A stretch of 58,168 nucleotides of DNA from Octopus bimaculoides (lineage: Eukaryota), in NCBI RefSeq assembly GCF_001194135.2, contig NC_068986.1, forward strand, positions 59,491,591-59,549,758, given 5' to 3'. Of this stretch, positions 41,848 to 54,859 are shown piece after piece. Within the stretch, counting starts at the first letter, position 1, and each line of letters starts with the position of its first letter. The notes under the pieces are model-generated. The model saw only the letters and a list, made by a program, of their open reading frames with translations. It made no database searches and was not told the DNA's origin. Made by a program: the position numbers and the translations under genes.

Positions 41848-42250
41848 GATGACAGTACCGCCTGATTGGTACCCATTCCAGTGGAACGTTAAAAGCACCA
41901 TTTGAGTGTGATCATTGCCAGGGCCACTGACTGGCTCCCATGCTGATGGCATGTAAAAAAAGCACCATTTGAGTATGGTCGTTGCCAGTGCTGCCAGATT
42001 GGCTCTTGTGCAGGTGGCATGTAAAAATCACCATTCAAGCATGGCCGATGCCAGTACTGCCTGACTGGCCCTTGTGCTAGTGGCACGTAAAAGCACTCAC
42101 TATACTCTCGGAGTGGTTGGCATTAGGAAGGGCATCCAGCTGTAGGAACTTTACCAGATCAAATTGGAGAAAGGTGCAGCCTTCTGGCTCACCAGCCCTC
42201 AGTCAAACCATCCAACTCATGCCAGCAATGGAAAGCGGATGTTAAACAAC

Positions 42251-42299
<49 letters not shown>

Positions 42300-42301
42300 T
42301 A
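41848..42301 (+). mobile_element. SINE/LINE 3' part with about four 65-67 bp tandem units, RTE-like tail and (GAT)n
   Basis: gcaccatt-like anchor at 41895, 41962, 42028 and 42093, then ggcattaggaagggcatccagc...ccagcaatggaaagcggatgttaaac and (gat)n. Confidence 0.8.
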
Positions 42302-42340
42302 GTGATGATTAGTAATGGATATTACTATATTGCTCTCTAC

Positions 42341-42484
42341 CTTCAAATCATTATATTCAGTTTCTGTTTCTGGGCAAGCTTTTATCATTTGTTTTAGCAA
42401 CAGAGCATACTTTCCCATTCTTTGAACTGGCCGGAGAAGGTAACTGGACAAATTCATCTTGTCTTTAAGTTCATTCTGTTTGAT
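42341..42484 (-). CDS. PLEKHG4: RhoGEF exon, DH domain (IKQNELKDKMNLSSYLLRPVQRMGKYALLLKQMIKACPETETEYNDLK)
   Basis: Acceptor tttcttttattttaag, donor AAG/gtagag, 144 nt. Contains the conserved DH region PVQR..KY.LLL. Confidence 0.95.
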
Positions 42485-42961
42485 CTTAAAATAAAAGAAA
42501 TACAAATAACAGTTAAGCAAAATAATACATTTTATAAGCAGTTTACTTTTCTTATTAATCTATTTCTTTTGTGAACTTGTTTTCACAACAATAAGTGACA
42601 ACAGCAAATTGTTACTGCAACCAGGTTTCAACCCTATACCAATCCACAAATGTTTTTTGTTGTTTCTGTCTCTCTAAGTAATTATAAGTTTATCTCATTA
42701 GGGTGATATTTTGACTAGACACAGGACTCAACATATCTGATCCTATAGGGTACAAACAGTAAGATGCTTGTAAATATTTTTTTAAATTGGGGAAAAAGCT
42801 TTTAATAAACAGCTAAATTTAAAAATGCAAATGACCTTTATTCATTATTAATTGACAAAAAATGGAAGAAGAGAAAAAACAAACAATAAAAGAAAATGCA
42901 ATGTACAGTTTGAAATTTTATAAAACAGAAGAAATATTGACAGGTAAAATGCTAGACTTAC

Positions 42962-43051
42962 TCGAAAAAATTCCGTGCCATGTTCTGCCATTAAATGATC
43001 GGATTTTGGTTTGTTTTTGTTGTACAGAGCATAGAGGTAAAATTGTTCTTC
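42962..43051 (-). CDS. PLEKHG4: RhoGEF exon, DH domain (EEQFYLYALYNKNKPKSDHLMAEHGTEFFR)
   Basis: Absent from the ORF track and read by hand. Acceptor aacttctag, donor CGA/gtaagt, 90 nt, phase 0-0. Typical DH Y..Y.KNKP.S motif. Confidence 0.95.
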
Positions 43052-43426
43052 CTAGAAGTTAGATGATCAAACACATTATAAGAACAACAAAAATCATTTT
43101 TTTGTTTGTTTTTAATGTATAAATACATATACAAAATATTAAGAGTATACATACCTACTGGAAATATAGCTGGCCATCTTACATTTTAAATAATTCATGG
43201 AATTAATAACCTAATTATCACTGACAACCTTATGTTGACCAATGGTTTTTTTTTAAGTGCTGTTTTAAAAAAAAACTTGGTAAAATCCAGTTGCTTTAAT
43301 CAAGTAGACTTATGATCAAAGAGGTTTGACCGTCTTGAAATTTTTCTATAAATTCATGTTCCAAGAAATTTCCTGTAATTTTGATTTCTGAATTTTATTG
43401 AATATTTAAATGACAAGTTTTTCACA

Positions 43427-43822
43427 GGTGTAGGAGTGGCTATGTGATAAGTATCTTGCTTATAAACCACATGGTTCCGGGTTCAGTTCCACTGCATGGT
43501 ACCTTGGGCAAGTGTCTTCTACTATGGCCTCGGGCTGACCAAAGCCTTGTGAGTGGATTTGGTAGACGGAAGCTGAAAGAAGCCCATCGTATGTATGTTT
43601 ATCTACATATGTGTGTGTGTGTGTGTCTGTGATTGTCCCCCCAACATTGCTTGACAACCAATGCTGGTGCGTTTACATCTCTGTAACTTAGCAGTTCAGC
43701 AAAAGAGACCAATAGAATAAGTACTAGGCTTACAAAGAATAAGTCCTGGGGTTAATTTGCTCGACTAAATGCAGTGCTCCAGCATAGCCACAGTCAAATG
43801 ACTGAAACAAGTAAAAGAGTAA
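43427..43822 (+). mobile_element. SINE family A, full length
   Basis: Complete head, microsatellite and tail. Confidence 0.92.
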
Positions 43823-45233
43823 ATTTAAATATTCGTTGCATTCACTGTAGATTTAATAAACAATATTAATTCGTTGTAGGTGAAATTTTCTGTTTTTATT
43901 TGCAACAGTCTCTCACTCTTTCTTGCCTCTATCTTCATTAATGTTAATTTAACATATATTCATTTCAAGTTTTAATTCTCTATTTACAAACCCCACAGTT
44001 TATTCTATATATGTAATTTTAAAAAATTATTTATTGAATGAATGAATGCTATTAGACAAAATAGCTATATAACTTTGTGACTTATTTTTGATAAAACGAA
44101 AATTTTTTAATATACTGGTGTAACTTGGTATTTTTTTGAAATGGCTGTTTAGAACGCTAGAAGCCTTATAATAATAACTATGTGATCACTGCTATTTCTA
44201 GCATGCTAAATGTGGTTGGGTTACCTTGACGTTTGTTTAAATTACAGATATATTACAGCTACGACAAATTACTGAAAGAAATATTTACTAAGCAAGTGGT
44301 ATTTTTTTATAAATTGAAGTTTTCAGGAAAATTTACTTTCTGAACTTTCTTTCATTATTGAATATTTAAAGTTCACAAATTTAAATATTTGGTATGAGAT
44401 AGCTTGGCAGTCTTTCACTTGAACCTGTACACTTCATTAATTTCTGTAAAATTTTTTTATTTATTTACTTTTTGCACACTGTGTTCAGCTCTCTATATTT
44501 GTAGCCAGTCACATACACAATGTGTGTTTTTGTATGTACGTTTGTATACGTTTATGTGTGTGTTTGAGTGTGTGTGTGTGTGTGTGTTTGAGTATGTGTG
44601 TGTGTGTGAGAGAGAGAGAAAGAGAAAGAGAGAGTGATGCCTAAGTGGCACTCTCTCTCTCTCTTTCTATCACACACACACACACAAACACAGATGTCCA
44701 TTTCATATACATGTACATACATCTTTCACTTTAAAACAAAAGTAAATAAATAAAAATTTTTTACGGAAATTAACAAACAAAACCAGCTGTTCCTTTTGGC
44801 ATTTCTGAGGGTTCAATTGAAAGAATAACGAGCTTTTATTTATACAATATTTTCATTTCATGTTTATTTTCATTCACTCTTTCCCCTACCTTTCTCATAC
44901 ATACACTGTCTCTTAATATAAACACACACTCCAAGTTTGATGAGCTGAAAATTGCCCGGAGGGCAGTCTTTCTGCTAGTTAAACCTGGAAAAAGTAGACA
45001 GAAGTGAGGAACAAAAGATTTTACGAATATTTACTGAAGTAGGGAGTATGATATTTGTCAGTTTGATCTGGAGAGTATTCGGTCTTATCAGAGGTAAAGA
45101 CACTTTAACCACCAGCATTTTACTTTACTGTTCTGGAAAAAATATTTCAAGTAATCCTGTTTAGCCAATGTCAGAACAGTTTATTCCACCTAAAGCAGTT
45201 ACATAATTGAATACTGCTTCCCAATTTCAACAG

Positions 45234-45447
45234 AAGGCAGAAGCTAGCAGAATTGTTAGTACACCAGGCAAAATACTTAGTGACATTTTATCTGTCTTTA
45301 TGGTCTGAGTTCAAATTCTGCTGAGGTGAACTTTGCCATTCATCCTTTCGGAGTTGATAGAAAAAGGACCAGTTGGACACTGGGGTTGATGTAATTGACT
45401 TACACATTTCCCCAAACTTGCTGGCCTTGTATCAAAATTTTAAACCA
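45234..45447 (+). mobile_element. SINE family C (ctgagttcaaatt...tttgccattcatcctttcggagttgata)
   Basis: tRNA-like head plus conserved core. Degenerate relatives near 3395-3500, 22560-22680, 48040-48160 and 57711-57808. Confidence 0.75.
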
Positions 45448-46194
45448 TTAACAAGTGTGTATAGATGGATGGATATGTGTTCTGCAGAATGATTCAGATG
45501 CATCTAGATAATATACGAAACCTTATTTTTTATTTTGTTACAATTTTGTCTTTCTATATTTTTAAAATTGTTTTTGCAGTTTTCTCATAAATATCTTTAT
45601 GTGTGAAAAAGTGTGCATGTCTGTGTGTAAGCATTTGTGTGTGTGTGTGTGCATGTATGTGCGTGCATGCGCGTGCATGCGTGTGTGTATTAGAAAAAAT
45701 ACTATTATAAAAAGATACCATTTTGAAAAAATGATGGCAAATTGTTCAGTTGTCCAGGAATACCTTGTTCAACTATCCAAGTGGCTGGTATACAAATGGC
45801 AGTATAGCAGACCAGCTATTCTGGAATCCCTAAGGGCTGTGGCTGTTAACAGGGGATTGGGGTTCAAGAAATATTTAATGAATGCAGTGCAGAGGTAGGT
45901 GAAAGTTGTGGTAAAGAAGTTGAAAGTGAGAGACTGTGAGATTATAATAATGCTAAAAGGGACTTCCTATACAGTTGTCACATTTAACATGTTAGTATTG
46001 TAATCTAAATGATAAGTAATAGTTTATCTTACTACTCTTATTGTTCCTTAGACTTGCCATTTTTTTGAGAATCTATGTTAAATATCTCAGTTGGCAAGAC
46101 CAAAATAGCATTAAATTTTTTAGAGAAATCTTTTAAGATTGCTTATTATTCTACTTCTGAATGATGTACTTTTTCATCCAATGTATTTACCATT

Positions 46195-46542
<348 letters not shown>

Positions 46543-47330
46543 TATATATAAATACATAAGGATATTATTGTTAATAATTTACAATAATATCATTGGCTAA
46601 CATGCGTAATAACATCAGTGGTTAGCATGCTAGCCACTGATATTTTTGTAAATTATTAATAATAATATCCTTATATATTTTTTAATTTTTTATTCACTTT
46701 GATCATCTTTTTAAATTTGCTGTGGCATTAAAAATGCTTATTGAGCACATGGATGAAGCAGGTATGGTTTTGGCCCTGGGTCAGTATTAGTCAGTGACAA
46801 GAACAAAGTGATCATTCACAAAGTTCGAAATCACTGTGATATGGGTGTGTCTGATTTTCATTTTTGATCCTTTTTGTTTATGGTATGGGGTCTTGAAATT
46901 TTACTGCTTGCTCCCTTGATTTCGCCCTTGTATACAAGTGAAAACTGTGGTTTTGAGTCATTTAGACTGCTATTTTTAGCATAATGGTGCTACAAGTAGT
47001 ACCCATCATTATACACACACACACACACACACACACACATAGTTGAAGCATTAAAATTAATCAAAGGACATACTAAATATGTCTATCTGCTGGAAATAAC
47101 AGTCAAAGCTCTTATTTAAATCGCCAACATACACTGATAATAACTACAAAAATCAACCATCCGAAGGCAAATGGGCTAAGACAATCTCTCAGCATACATT
47201 CAAGTATTTGGACTGGTTTCTGGACTGGCATAATATGGAGAGCTCCAACCCATAACATTGAAGTCTGTGCTGCAACTGATTTGTTTTGTGCCGAATCATA
47301 GCAGCCACAAGTGTGAAAATAATATATATT

Positions 47331-47421
47331 GAAGAAACTTGCCCAAAGTGCCATGCAGTAGGGCTGAACCCAGAATCACATGGTTGAGAAGAAAGCATTT
47401 TCCACACAGCTACATCTGTGC
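47331..47421 (-). mobile_element. SINE family A head fragment
   Basis: gcccaaagtgccatgcagtagggctgaacccagaatcacatggtt. Confidence 0.7.
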
Positions 47422-47630
47422 CTATGTTATGAGCTATTATTTATACCGACATATGCATTTTGAGGTACTAAGTAAAAAAGTTATTTTCATCAAAAACTGT
47501 ATTCAAACTTGATAATTAATAAACTTAATTAGCTCAACAGACAGATTAATACAACTAAAAAACAGATATAAACCAAACTAAGCTTTACACAGTATGTTAT
47601 AAGCTTGTTAGCAGAAAGAAAATTTCTTAC

Positions 47631-47880
47631 GTGTGAAAGGAAAATTTGAGCAATCTGAAATGGGTAATGTTTGCAAGTTTCCAGTTCTTGCAAGAAATAC
47701 TGGTTATGGAATTCATAGATCTTTTCAATATTACCAAAAATAATATTTCTTTTGCCTCGAAGAGCATGAGGGACTTCCTCCTTGGTTATTTCAGGTATGT
47801 AGTTATCGACAATCAATTTTAAAGCTTGTACATAATCTCGTTCAGTGGATATAAGTTCTTGAAGGATAAGAGCCACTGTC
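47631..47880 (-). CDS. PLEKHG4: RhoGEF exon, DH domain N-terminal part (TVALILQELISTERDYVQAL...FQIAQIFLSH)
   Basis: Acceptor ttctcgttttacag, donor CAC/gtaag. Dbl-homology start motif ELISTERDYV. Phase 2 to phase 0. Confidence 0.95.
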
Positions 47881-48351
47881 CTGTAAAACGAGAAAACAAA
47901 GAAAGATGAACTATATTAAATACAATCACTTTTAAAATAAAAAACATTTTAGAATTTAGAAACTTTATTTTATTAATTTAAAAATATGAATATTTATACT
48001 GAAATGTTTTTTACCCCTATATATTGAAAGAATTGCTTGAGAATCAGACAAAATGCAGGGTTGTTATTTACTCCAGCTCTTTATGTTATGAATTTAAATC
48101 CTACCAAAGTCAAGTTGGTTTTTTGGCATATAAAAAATAAAATGCCACTCAAAATACTGGAATATAGGCATCACTTTGTCTAGCTGTCATGCCTTCACAG
48201 CTTCACTGCATTAAGTGTGTGAGGTTAAGATCCAGATATTAACAAACTTAACTATGATTCCTCTTGTTTATAAAATATAACAGCAAAGAGTAACAATTTT
48301 TCTTTGTATGTATAAGTGACAATGTATATCACACACACACACACACACACA

Positions 48352-49267
48352 CACACGTATCCGGGCTAAGTTTGGCAATTTTTTATGTCTTGTTTTCTCA
48401 GAAACAGCTTCATGTATTGCTGTACAGTCAATGGTGTTAAAGAGCATAGAGATTAAAATTGTAATTGAGAAAATGTTAGTTGACAAGGAGGACACTAAGC
48501 CATCTGAATATTTGAAAAGAGCTACCTTTATCATGATGATTAATGCCTGGTAGCAAAATGCTGGCATCATAACTACTGCTCAATGCTCTATGAACACTGT
48601 GAAGTAAGATGTGACATAGACAGTTGCAAAGGAAACTACGAAGTCATGGCTAGAGAAAGGGATACAACAGGTGTTCTGATTGCATCTGCATGCTGGGATT
48701 CATTGCCACATATTTGAACAGGGCCTTAGCCTTAACTTAGATGGCTATGTGAACCTGCCAGAGATGGTGGTCAACCCCTTACTGGAAAAGGTTGCTGCTG
48801 GGAAATCATATACGTGGAAGCAGGATTCAACTCTTAGCCATACTATCAGAAAGAGTTAAAAGTGATTGTTGGAGAATTTCTATGACTTCGCCAGCTCCAG
48901 TATCTGGCTTCCTATCTCCCTGATTACAATTCCATGAATTACAATATGTGAGGCCAGGTTGAGAAAGATATCAACTGCTCTGTCTGCAACATCAAGGTGG
49001 AGCTGGTCACCAAGGTTGAGCTAGTGGTCAAAATCAAGGAGGTATTTGAAGATCTTCCCAAGGACACAGTGAAGAATGCATGCACCAGGTTCTGGAGTTG
49101 TCTTGAAGCCATGGTGGAAGCTGAGGGAGGCTACCTTGAAATATCAATTATTCCCAGCCATAATCTAGTTGATGGTTTTTGATTTTTTAAAAATACTTTT
49201 ATTTTTAAATAGCATATCATGTTTTTTCCCTTATATGCAAAGTGTCAAATTTAGCCAAGACACCCTG
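48352..49267 (+). mobile_element. Internally deleted maT/DD37D-like (Tc1-mariner) transposon
   Basis: Right TIR ...tagccaagacaccctg|ta and degenerate left TIR gtatccgggctaagtttggca. Peptides resemble GRPYVWQQDSAP, WPP.SPD.NPMDY and KIKEVFEDLPKDTVKNACTRF...AMVEAEGGY. Confidence 0.8.
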
Positions 49268-49428
49268 TATACGTCCGACTCATTCCAGCATGGAAAATGG
49301 GCATTAAATGAGTTTCTTGCTCCCAAGCTGTGGATGTTAATAAAGTATGGAACACAAAACTGATATTCTGATTGGACAATATTATTTGGTCAAAACAATT
49401 TTACTGGTGTGTGTATGTGTATGTGTAT

Positions 49429-49502
<74 letters not shown>

Positions 49503-50559
49503 GGGGAATGGAAGATAGAAAAAGAGTGACTGATTACCTGAAGGAAATCAAAAGGAAGAAAATAATGAAGTAAATATTTAGAAATGTGTCTGCATGAAAT
49601 TAGTAGTTCAGGTCTTTCATTTAATGCATATGATTCTCGGAATAAAATGAAAATTTTTTCTATCTTACATTCCAGATTTGGATGATAAGAACTATGCTAG
49701 TAGGGTGCTCTGACCTTCTTTGGGTAAGCAGTTTTTTTGCTAACATATTTTAACCTTTCTTTAACTTACCATACCAAAGAATTTTAATATCCTTTCCTTT
49801 GTATCTTTGAAGTATCTGCCCTACATTCCTTTGCTAAACTGCACATTTGCATTTTATCTTGTTTTATATATATATTTAAATATGTATATATTTAAATATG
49901 TAGTCTTGTAGAAAAATTCTTTTGCTAACTTTCTTTCAATTTATCATTTCCTGTTCTTATCAAACAACGTCATTAACATTTATTTACATGTTATGTTATT
50001 TTATGTTATTATTTCTTTCATTTTCACTTTCTCTTTTTTATTTAAATTTTGTGTAAAATGGTTCAATGGTCAACCAATAAACCCCAGTAAGCTTGTCACA
50101 ATATTCAAATGTTTCCATTTGACACTCAGTTGTTTACAAATGCATGCACACACGCAGGCACGCATGCACACATGCATGCATGCATGAACACACACACACA
50201 CACACTGTTTCTTGTTTTATACAAAGTCAGGTAAATTCTAGTAGAATATGAAATAGTCCACCTAAAACGATTTCATTCCATTCCATCTAAAAGACAATCC
50301 TGAAATGTTTATTAATCAAGAAAAATTCCTCCTGTAAATAGAGATCCTGAGCCAAACAGATTTCTTTAATCTGGTAAAGTGAGAATTATTTTCTGGAAAG
50401 TCTACAAAAGCATTGCAAGCATTATAATATGATAAATAAAAAGTCTTTCTTTCATTAGATAAGACTAAAAACTTTGATAGCTTTGACAAAAAAACAAAAC
50501 AAATGAACAATCATTCTACTGCATTTCTGATATTTATAAAAATATATGGTACCAATATA

Positions 50560-51250
50560 TACAACTCTTTTAAACTAGAAGTTAAAGATATAGCTACCAA
50601 CCTTAATATGGATGATACAGTAGAATATCTGTTTTTCACCCTCCATGCAAACTTAATCAACTCTCCACAAATTGAATTAAGAACGACTTTGCAAATGCAT
50701 CCTAGACACAATTTTACTTACAAACAAATATGTTAGATGTATCCCTTTATGGAACAATGCTCTGTCAATAATAGAACAGTTTTACAGCATTAGTGACAAA
50801 CAACATTGTAAATTTTCCCCAGTTCAATATTATTGATTTTTTTTCTCCTTCCATTACTAAACCTCTTCTCAAAGCTTTGGCTTTTGCCAACACTATTGTG
50901 CCTGTCAGTGAATTTGATATCAAAATAATTATGTATGGAAGAAAATCCTTTTTGTTTTTGACAATTCAGCTTGAGTTAAAAAAAAAAAGAGATGATTTAT
51001 TTGATGTTTCTCCAAGAATATATAATAGCACTTAACTATGAAAAATTACAATTATAATTTACATTTTAGCATGATTACATAAAAAAAAACTTCCTGCCTT
51101 GAACAGAACCCTTTGAAGAGATGATGGGCTCTTAATCATATGCGTTATGAATGGCCATGAATTAGACTAAGACCTCATTAAACTTATTAGTGATATGGGT
51201 TTAAGGCTTGCAGTTGATACTGATTTTAGTGTAGTTAATTTTTTCTTTTT
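50560..51250 (+). mobile_element. Penelope-like RT remnant (second PLE family)
   Basis: Peptides VKDIATNLNMDD, QFNIIDFFSPSITKPLLKALAFA...IIMYGRKSFLF...KK..LFDV and RDDGL. Confidence 0.8.
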
Positions 51251-51439
51251 ACATATATTTCTTTAAACTTAAACACAAAAAGATTCTGCCTACATTTTAT
51301 GTACTCTTTTTGTCACTTTTTCCAAGAAATACAAGACTTGTTGCTGCAGACCACCACCAGTTTCATTGATTTGATTTTATCTGACACACACACACACACG
51401 TATATTTATGTATGCGTGAGTGCATGTATATAGCAATAG

Positions 51440-51868
51440 AATGAACCATCAACTGTTTCCTTAGTACATTCTCTCCTGATGACCCCATACACTTGCTGGC
51501 TTCCGGTATGCAGAGTTCTCGACTGGTAGCACTTGCATGTGCAAGTTGTTTGCAAGACAGTTATGTTTATATATTCGTTTTGCAAGATTCTTGATGTGGA
51601 TTCGTGTGTTGAATCAGATATTTTTGTATTTAGGGATGGTCATGTTGCCAGTTTAGCCAATAAAATGGCAGATCATTAGAAGAGATACACAAAAAACAAA
51701 AGAAGAGAGCAAAAGACCACTGATGAGGTCACAGAAGTGTGACGAAAGAACTCTGGCTGAATTACAATTAACATGAAATAAAGATGAAGCAAGTGAACAC
51801 TAAATATATAGTGTGTGTGTTTTTATTGGCTAAACTGGCAACATGACCATCCACAAATACAAAAATAT
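51440..51868. mobile_element. PLE terminal-repeat fragment with 48-bp inverted repeat enclosing a hammerhead motif
   Basis: 51618-51665 is the reverse complement of 51821-51868 with 2 mismatches. Hammerhead at 51717-51756. The left boundary is uncertain. Confidence 0.7.
51717..51756 (+). ncRNA. Minimal type I hammerhead ribozyme motif
   Basis: CCA-CTGATGA-G-GTCACA(GAAG)TGTGAC-GAAA-GAACT-C-TGG. Stem I 3 bp, intact core, 6-bp stem II, predicted cleavage after CUC at 51753. Confidence 0.72.
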
Positions 51869-52175
51869 ATACATTTAGTATTCTTTCTTTCTACAAAGAT
51901 AACAGTAAAAAAAGTGCTACACACACACACACACACACACTAGTTGAATTATCTTCACTGTAATTGATATTATATAAACATGGTTCAAGTTATAACACCT
52001 GTGATAACATAACTGTGTTTTTATGCATTATTACTAGAGAAGTATGGATTAGCTTTTTAAATGTTTCTACATACAATACATTTTGAATGGTACAATATCA
52101 TAGCAATTAATTGTATTAAAACCATGGTTATAAGATTATAGATCTTGAGTTCAATCCTAAATAAAAAAAAATGTC

Positions 52176-52210
<35 letters not shown>

Positions 52211-53191
52211 ATGGTTAGTGAAGATGATCAAAAAGTAGATTGATTGACACAAGGTAGAGAAAAAGATAAGTCCATATTTACATCACAATACAATCTCAAA
52301 TATAATGCAATTTCCACTTTTACAAATTAGTGACATATCCATTTAAAAAAAAATTATAAATCAAGTATGATGCTATCCCTTAATTCTGACCCTGATATTT
52401 TGTATTAAATTTTTCACATTTAATAAACAAGTAAACATGGTAGTTCAATACCACAATGTTATTATATTTTCAGGAATTTATATTGAAATAATCTTCATGT
52501 TTTGTTTGTTAGTCATTGTCATATTAGTCACACAGTATTTTGTATATTTATGTACTGTTTCTTTTTATAGTTGAGCACTATACAAAGGCTAAAAACATTG
52601 TTAGATAATAAACCTAAGAAACCTTAACAATCTGCCTGGTTTTCAAGAATATCTTTTTTATATTTGAAATAAATCAATGTCTTTGTTCAGGACAAGGAAG
52701 AAACTGTCACATAATCAAATTCTAATTAAAATTTTTATAGCTCCATAACAAATTGGCTTTATGCCTTATTTGAAATCAATTTCTACTCTGAGAACTATCA
52801 ACATTAAGGAAACAGTTTTCGTTATTTCATAAAATAATATTTTTAAAAAAAAGGAGAGAAAATAATTCCATCAATTCTTGTATACATGCATACACACACA
52901 TATTCTAAGAAAACATTATTTTATTGATATACAGAGGGGTTTAAGAAGCCCATTTGATATTCATGCTTGCCATTTAATCAATGCTGCTATTGCCATTCTC
53001 AAGCATTTAATCTTTTCTGTAATAAACAGTATCAAGGGTTTTTGTTGCACATGAAAATGGTTGTGTAGTTAAGAAGTTTGTATCAGTTACATGGTTTTGG
53101 AGTCAACCCCACTGCACAGCTCTTTGAGTAAGTGTCATCAAATATAGCCTTAGGTTAATCAATTCTTTTTGGGAAATTCATTAGATGGCAG

Positions 53192-53227
<36 letters not shown>

Positions 53228-53417
53228 ATGTATACACACATATAAATATAGATTGTAAAATTCCTATTGACTAGGACTTTATTCAACCAGTCTGGTTGAA
53301 TAAGGCTTCAGGTGGGACTTAAATAAAGCTCCAGTTAACACACTCAGTATTGAGTTTTCTATCAGTCAAATGTTCTGTTGCTATTCTAAAACTTGTTTTA
53401 AAATAATCTTGATTTTA

Positions 53418-53468
<51 letters not shown>

Positions 53469-53751
53469 CACACAAACACACATGTACACATACACACATA
53501 TATGTGTGTATACATACACACACTGTGTATGTATGCACATGTGTCTATTGATGTATACTTGAAGGACATAAATGGTGAGAAAACCCAACTATAAAATACA
53601 TAAAATCTCCTTGAATGAGGTTCTTGTAATATTTGTTTTGCAACAAGGTGCTTACACTTCCTTGTCACTCTCACTATTAGAAATACAATGAATCAGTGAT
53701 TGGCTCATTGGAAATCTGTAATGAACTTCGTTGATATCCACAAATTATGAT

Positions 53752-53933
53752 AGTGGCTGTGTGGTAAGTAACTAGCTTACCAACCACATGGTTTCAGGTT
53801 CAGTCCCACTGCATGGCACTTTGGACAAGCGTCTTCTACTATAGCCTTGGGCTGACTAAAGCTTGTGAGTGGATTTGGTAAATGGAAACTGAAAGAAGTC
53901 TGTCGTATATATATATATATATATATGTGTGTC

Positions 53934-53971
<38 letters not shown>

Positions 53972-54172
53972 GTGTGTATATGTTTGTCCCCCCAATGTCA
54001 CTTGACAACTTATGCTGGTGTGTTTACGTCCCTGTAACTTAGTGGTTTGGCAAAAAAGACCGATAGAATAAGTACTAGGCTTACAAAGAATAAGTCCTGG
54101 GGTCGATTTGCTCAACTAAAGGCGGTGCTCCAGCATGGCTGCAGTCAAATGACTGAAACAAGTAAAAGAATA
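53752..54172 (+). mobile_element. SINE family A, full length
   Basis: Complete head, microsatellite and tail. Confidence 0.92.
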
Positions 54173-54859
54173 TAAAACATTCACTAATTATTCCATTACA
54201 CTGTATATTAGTTGCAAATTTGCAATGAAAAGATACAAACCTACCTACCTACCTACATCTATCTGTCTGTTTGTCTATCAACATGTTGACTTAGCTCTTC
54301 ATGTTACTTAAAGGTTTAGAAACATGAATGCATGACCAACTCCTAAGACATTCAATAACCAAGTGAAGAAAAAACAAATTGATTTTTTGTCAGAGAAAAT
54401 TTAACTTGGTCAGATAGGGTCATGTTGTTGTAGTGATAACTCAGTGACACCAAATCTAACACTCCACATGAATATTAATGCTACTTAATAATTATAGCAT
54501 GGTATTTGATGCATTAGCAACATCACTGCTCAAAGCATGGATTGGTAAGAAATGGTTTCTCTGTTACAGAGACAGTCTAATGACCAACAGTCGGTTACAG
54601 TCAGGCAGATTTTGTGATAACTTTGCCACAACAGACAAATGCTATTTAGTCACGAGTGTGTGGTGCTTGGCATAAATGTGGGTGATGGGTCTGGTGGATT
54701 ATTGAGTTGCAGAATTGGTGATGTAGGTGGGGGTGGGAACTCTGTATAGACAACAAAATAGTATAGACTAGTCTAGGGTAGTATACTGGGATTATCAATG
54801 GTCAATGGCTTGAAATACATCAAAAGTACATATCTTTCATGATAACAATATGATACATT

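Noticed and set aside
41848-42100. Regularly spaced repeats resembling a CRISPR array
   Set aside because: Eukaryotic context. Whole units are tandem copies without unique spacers and sit inside a retroposon.
51476-51520. Second CTGATGA followed by a catac/gtatg stem
   Set aside because: No GAAA after the stem. The core is incomplete.
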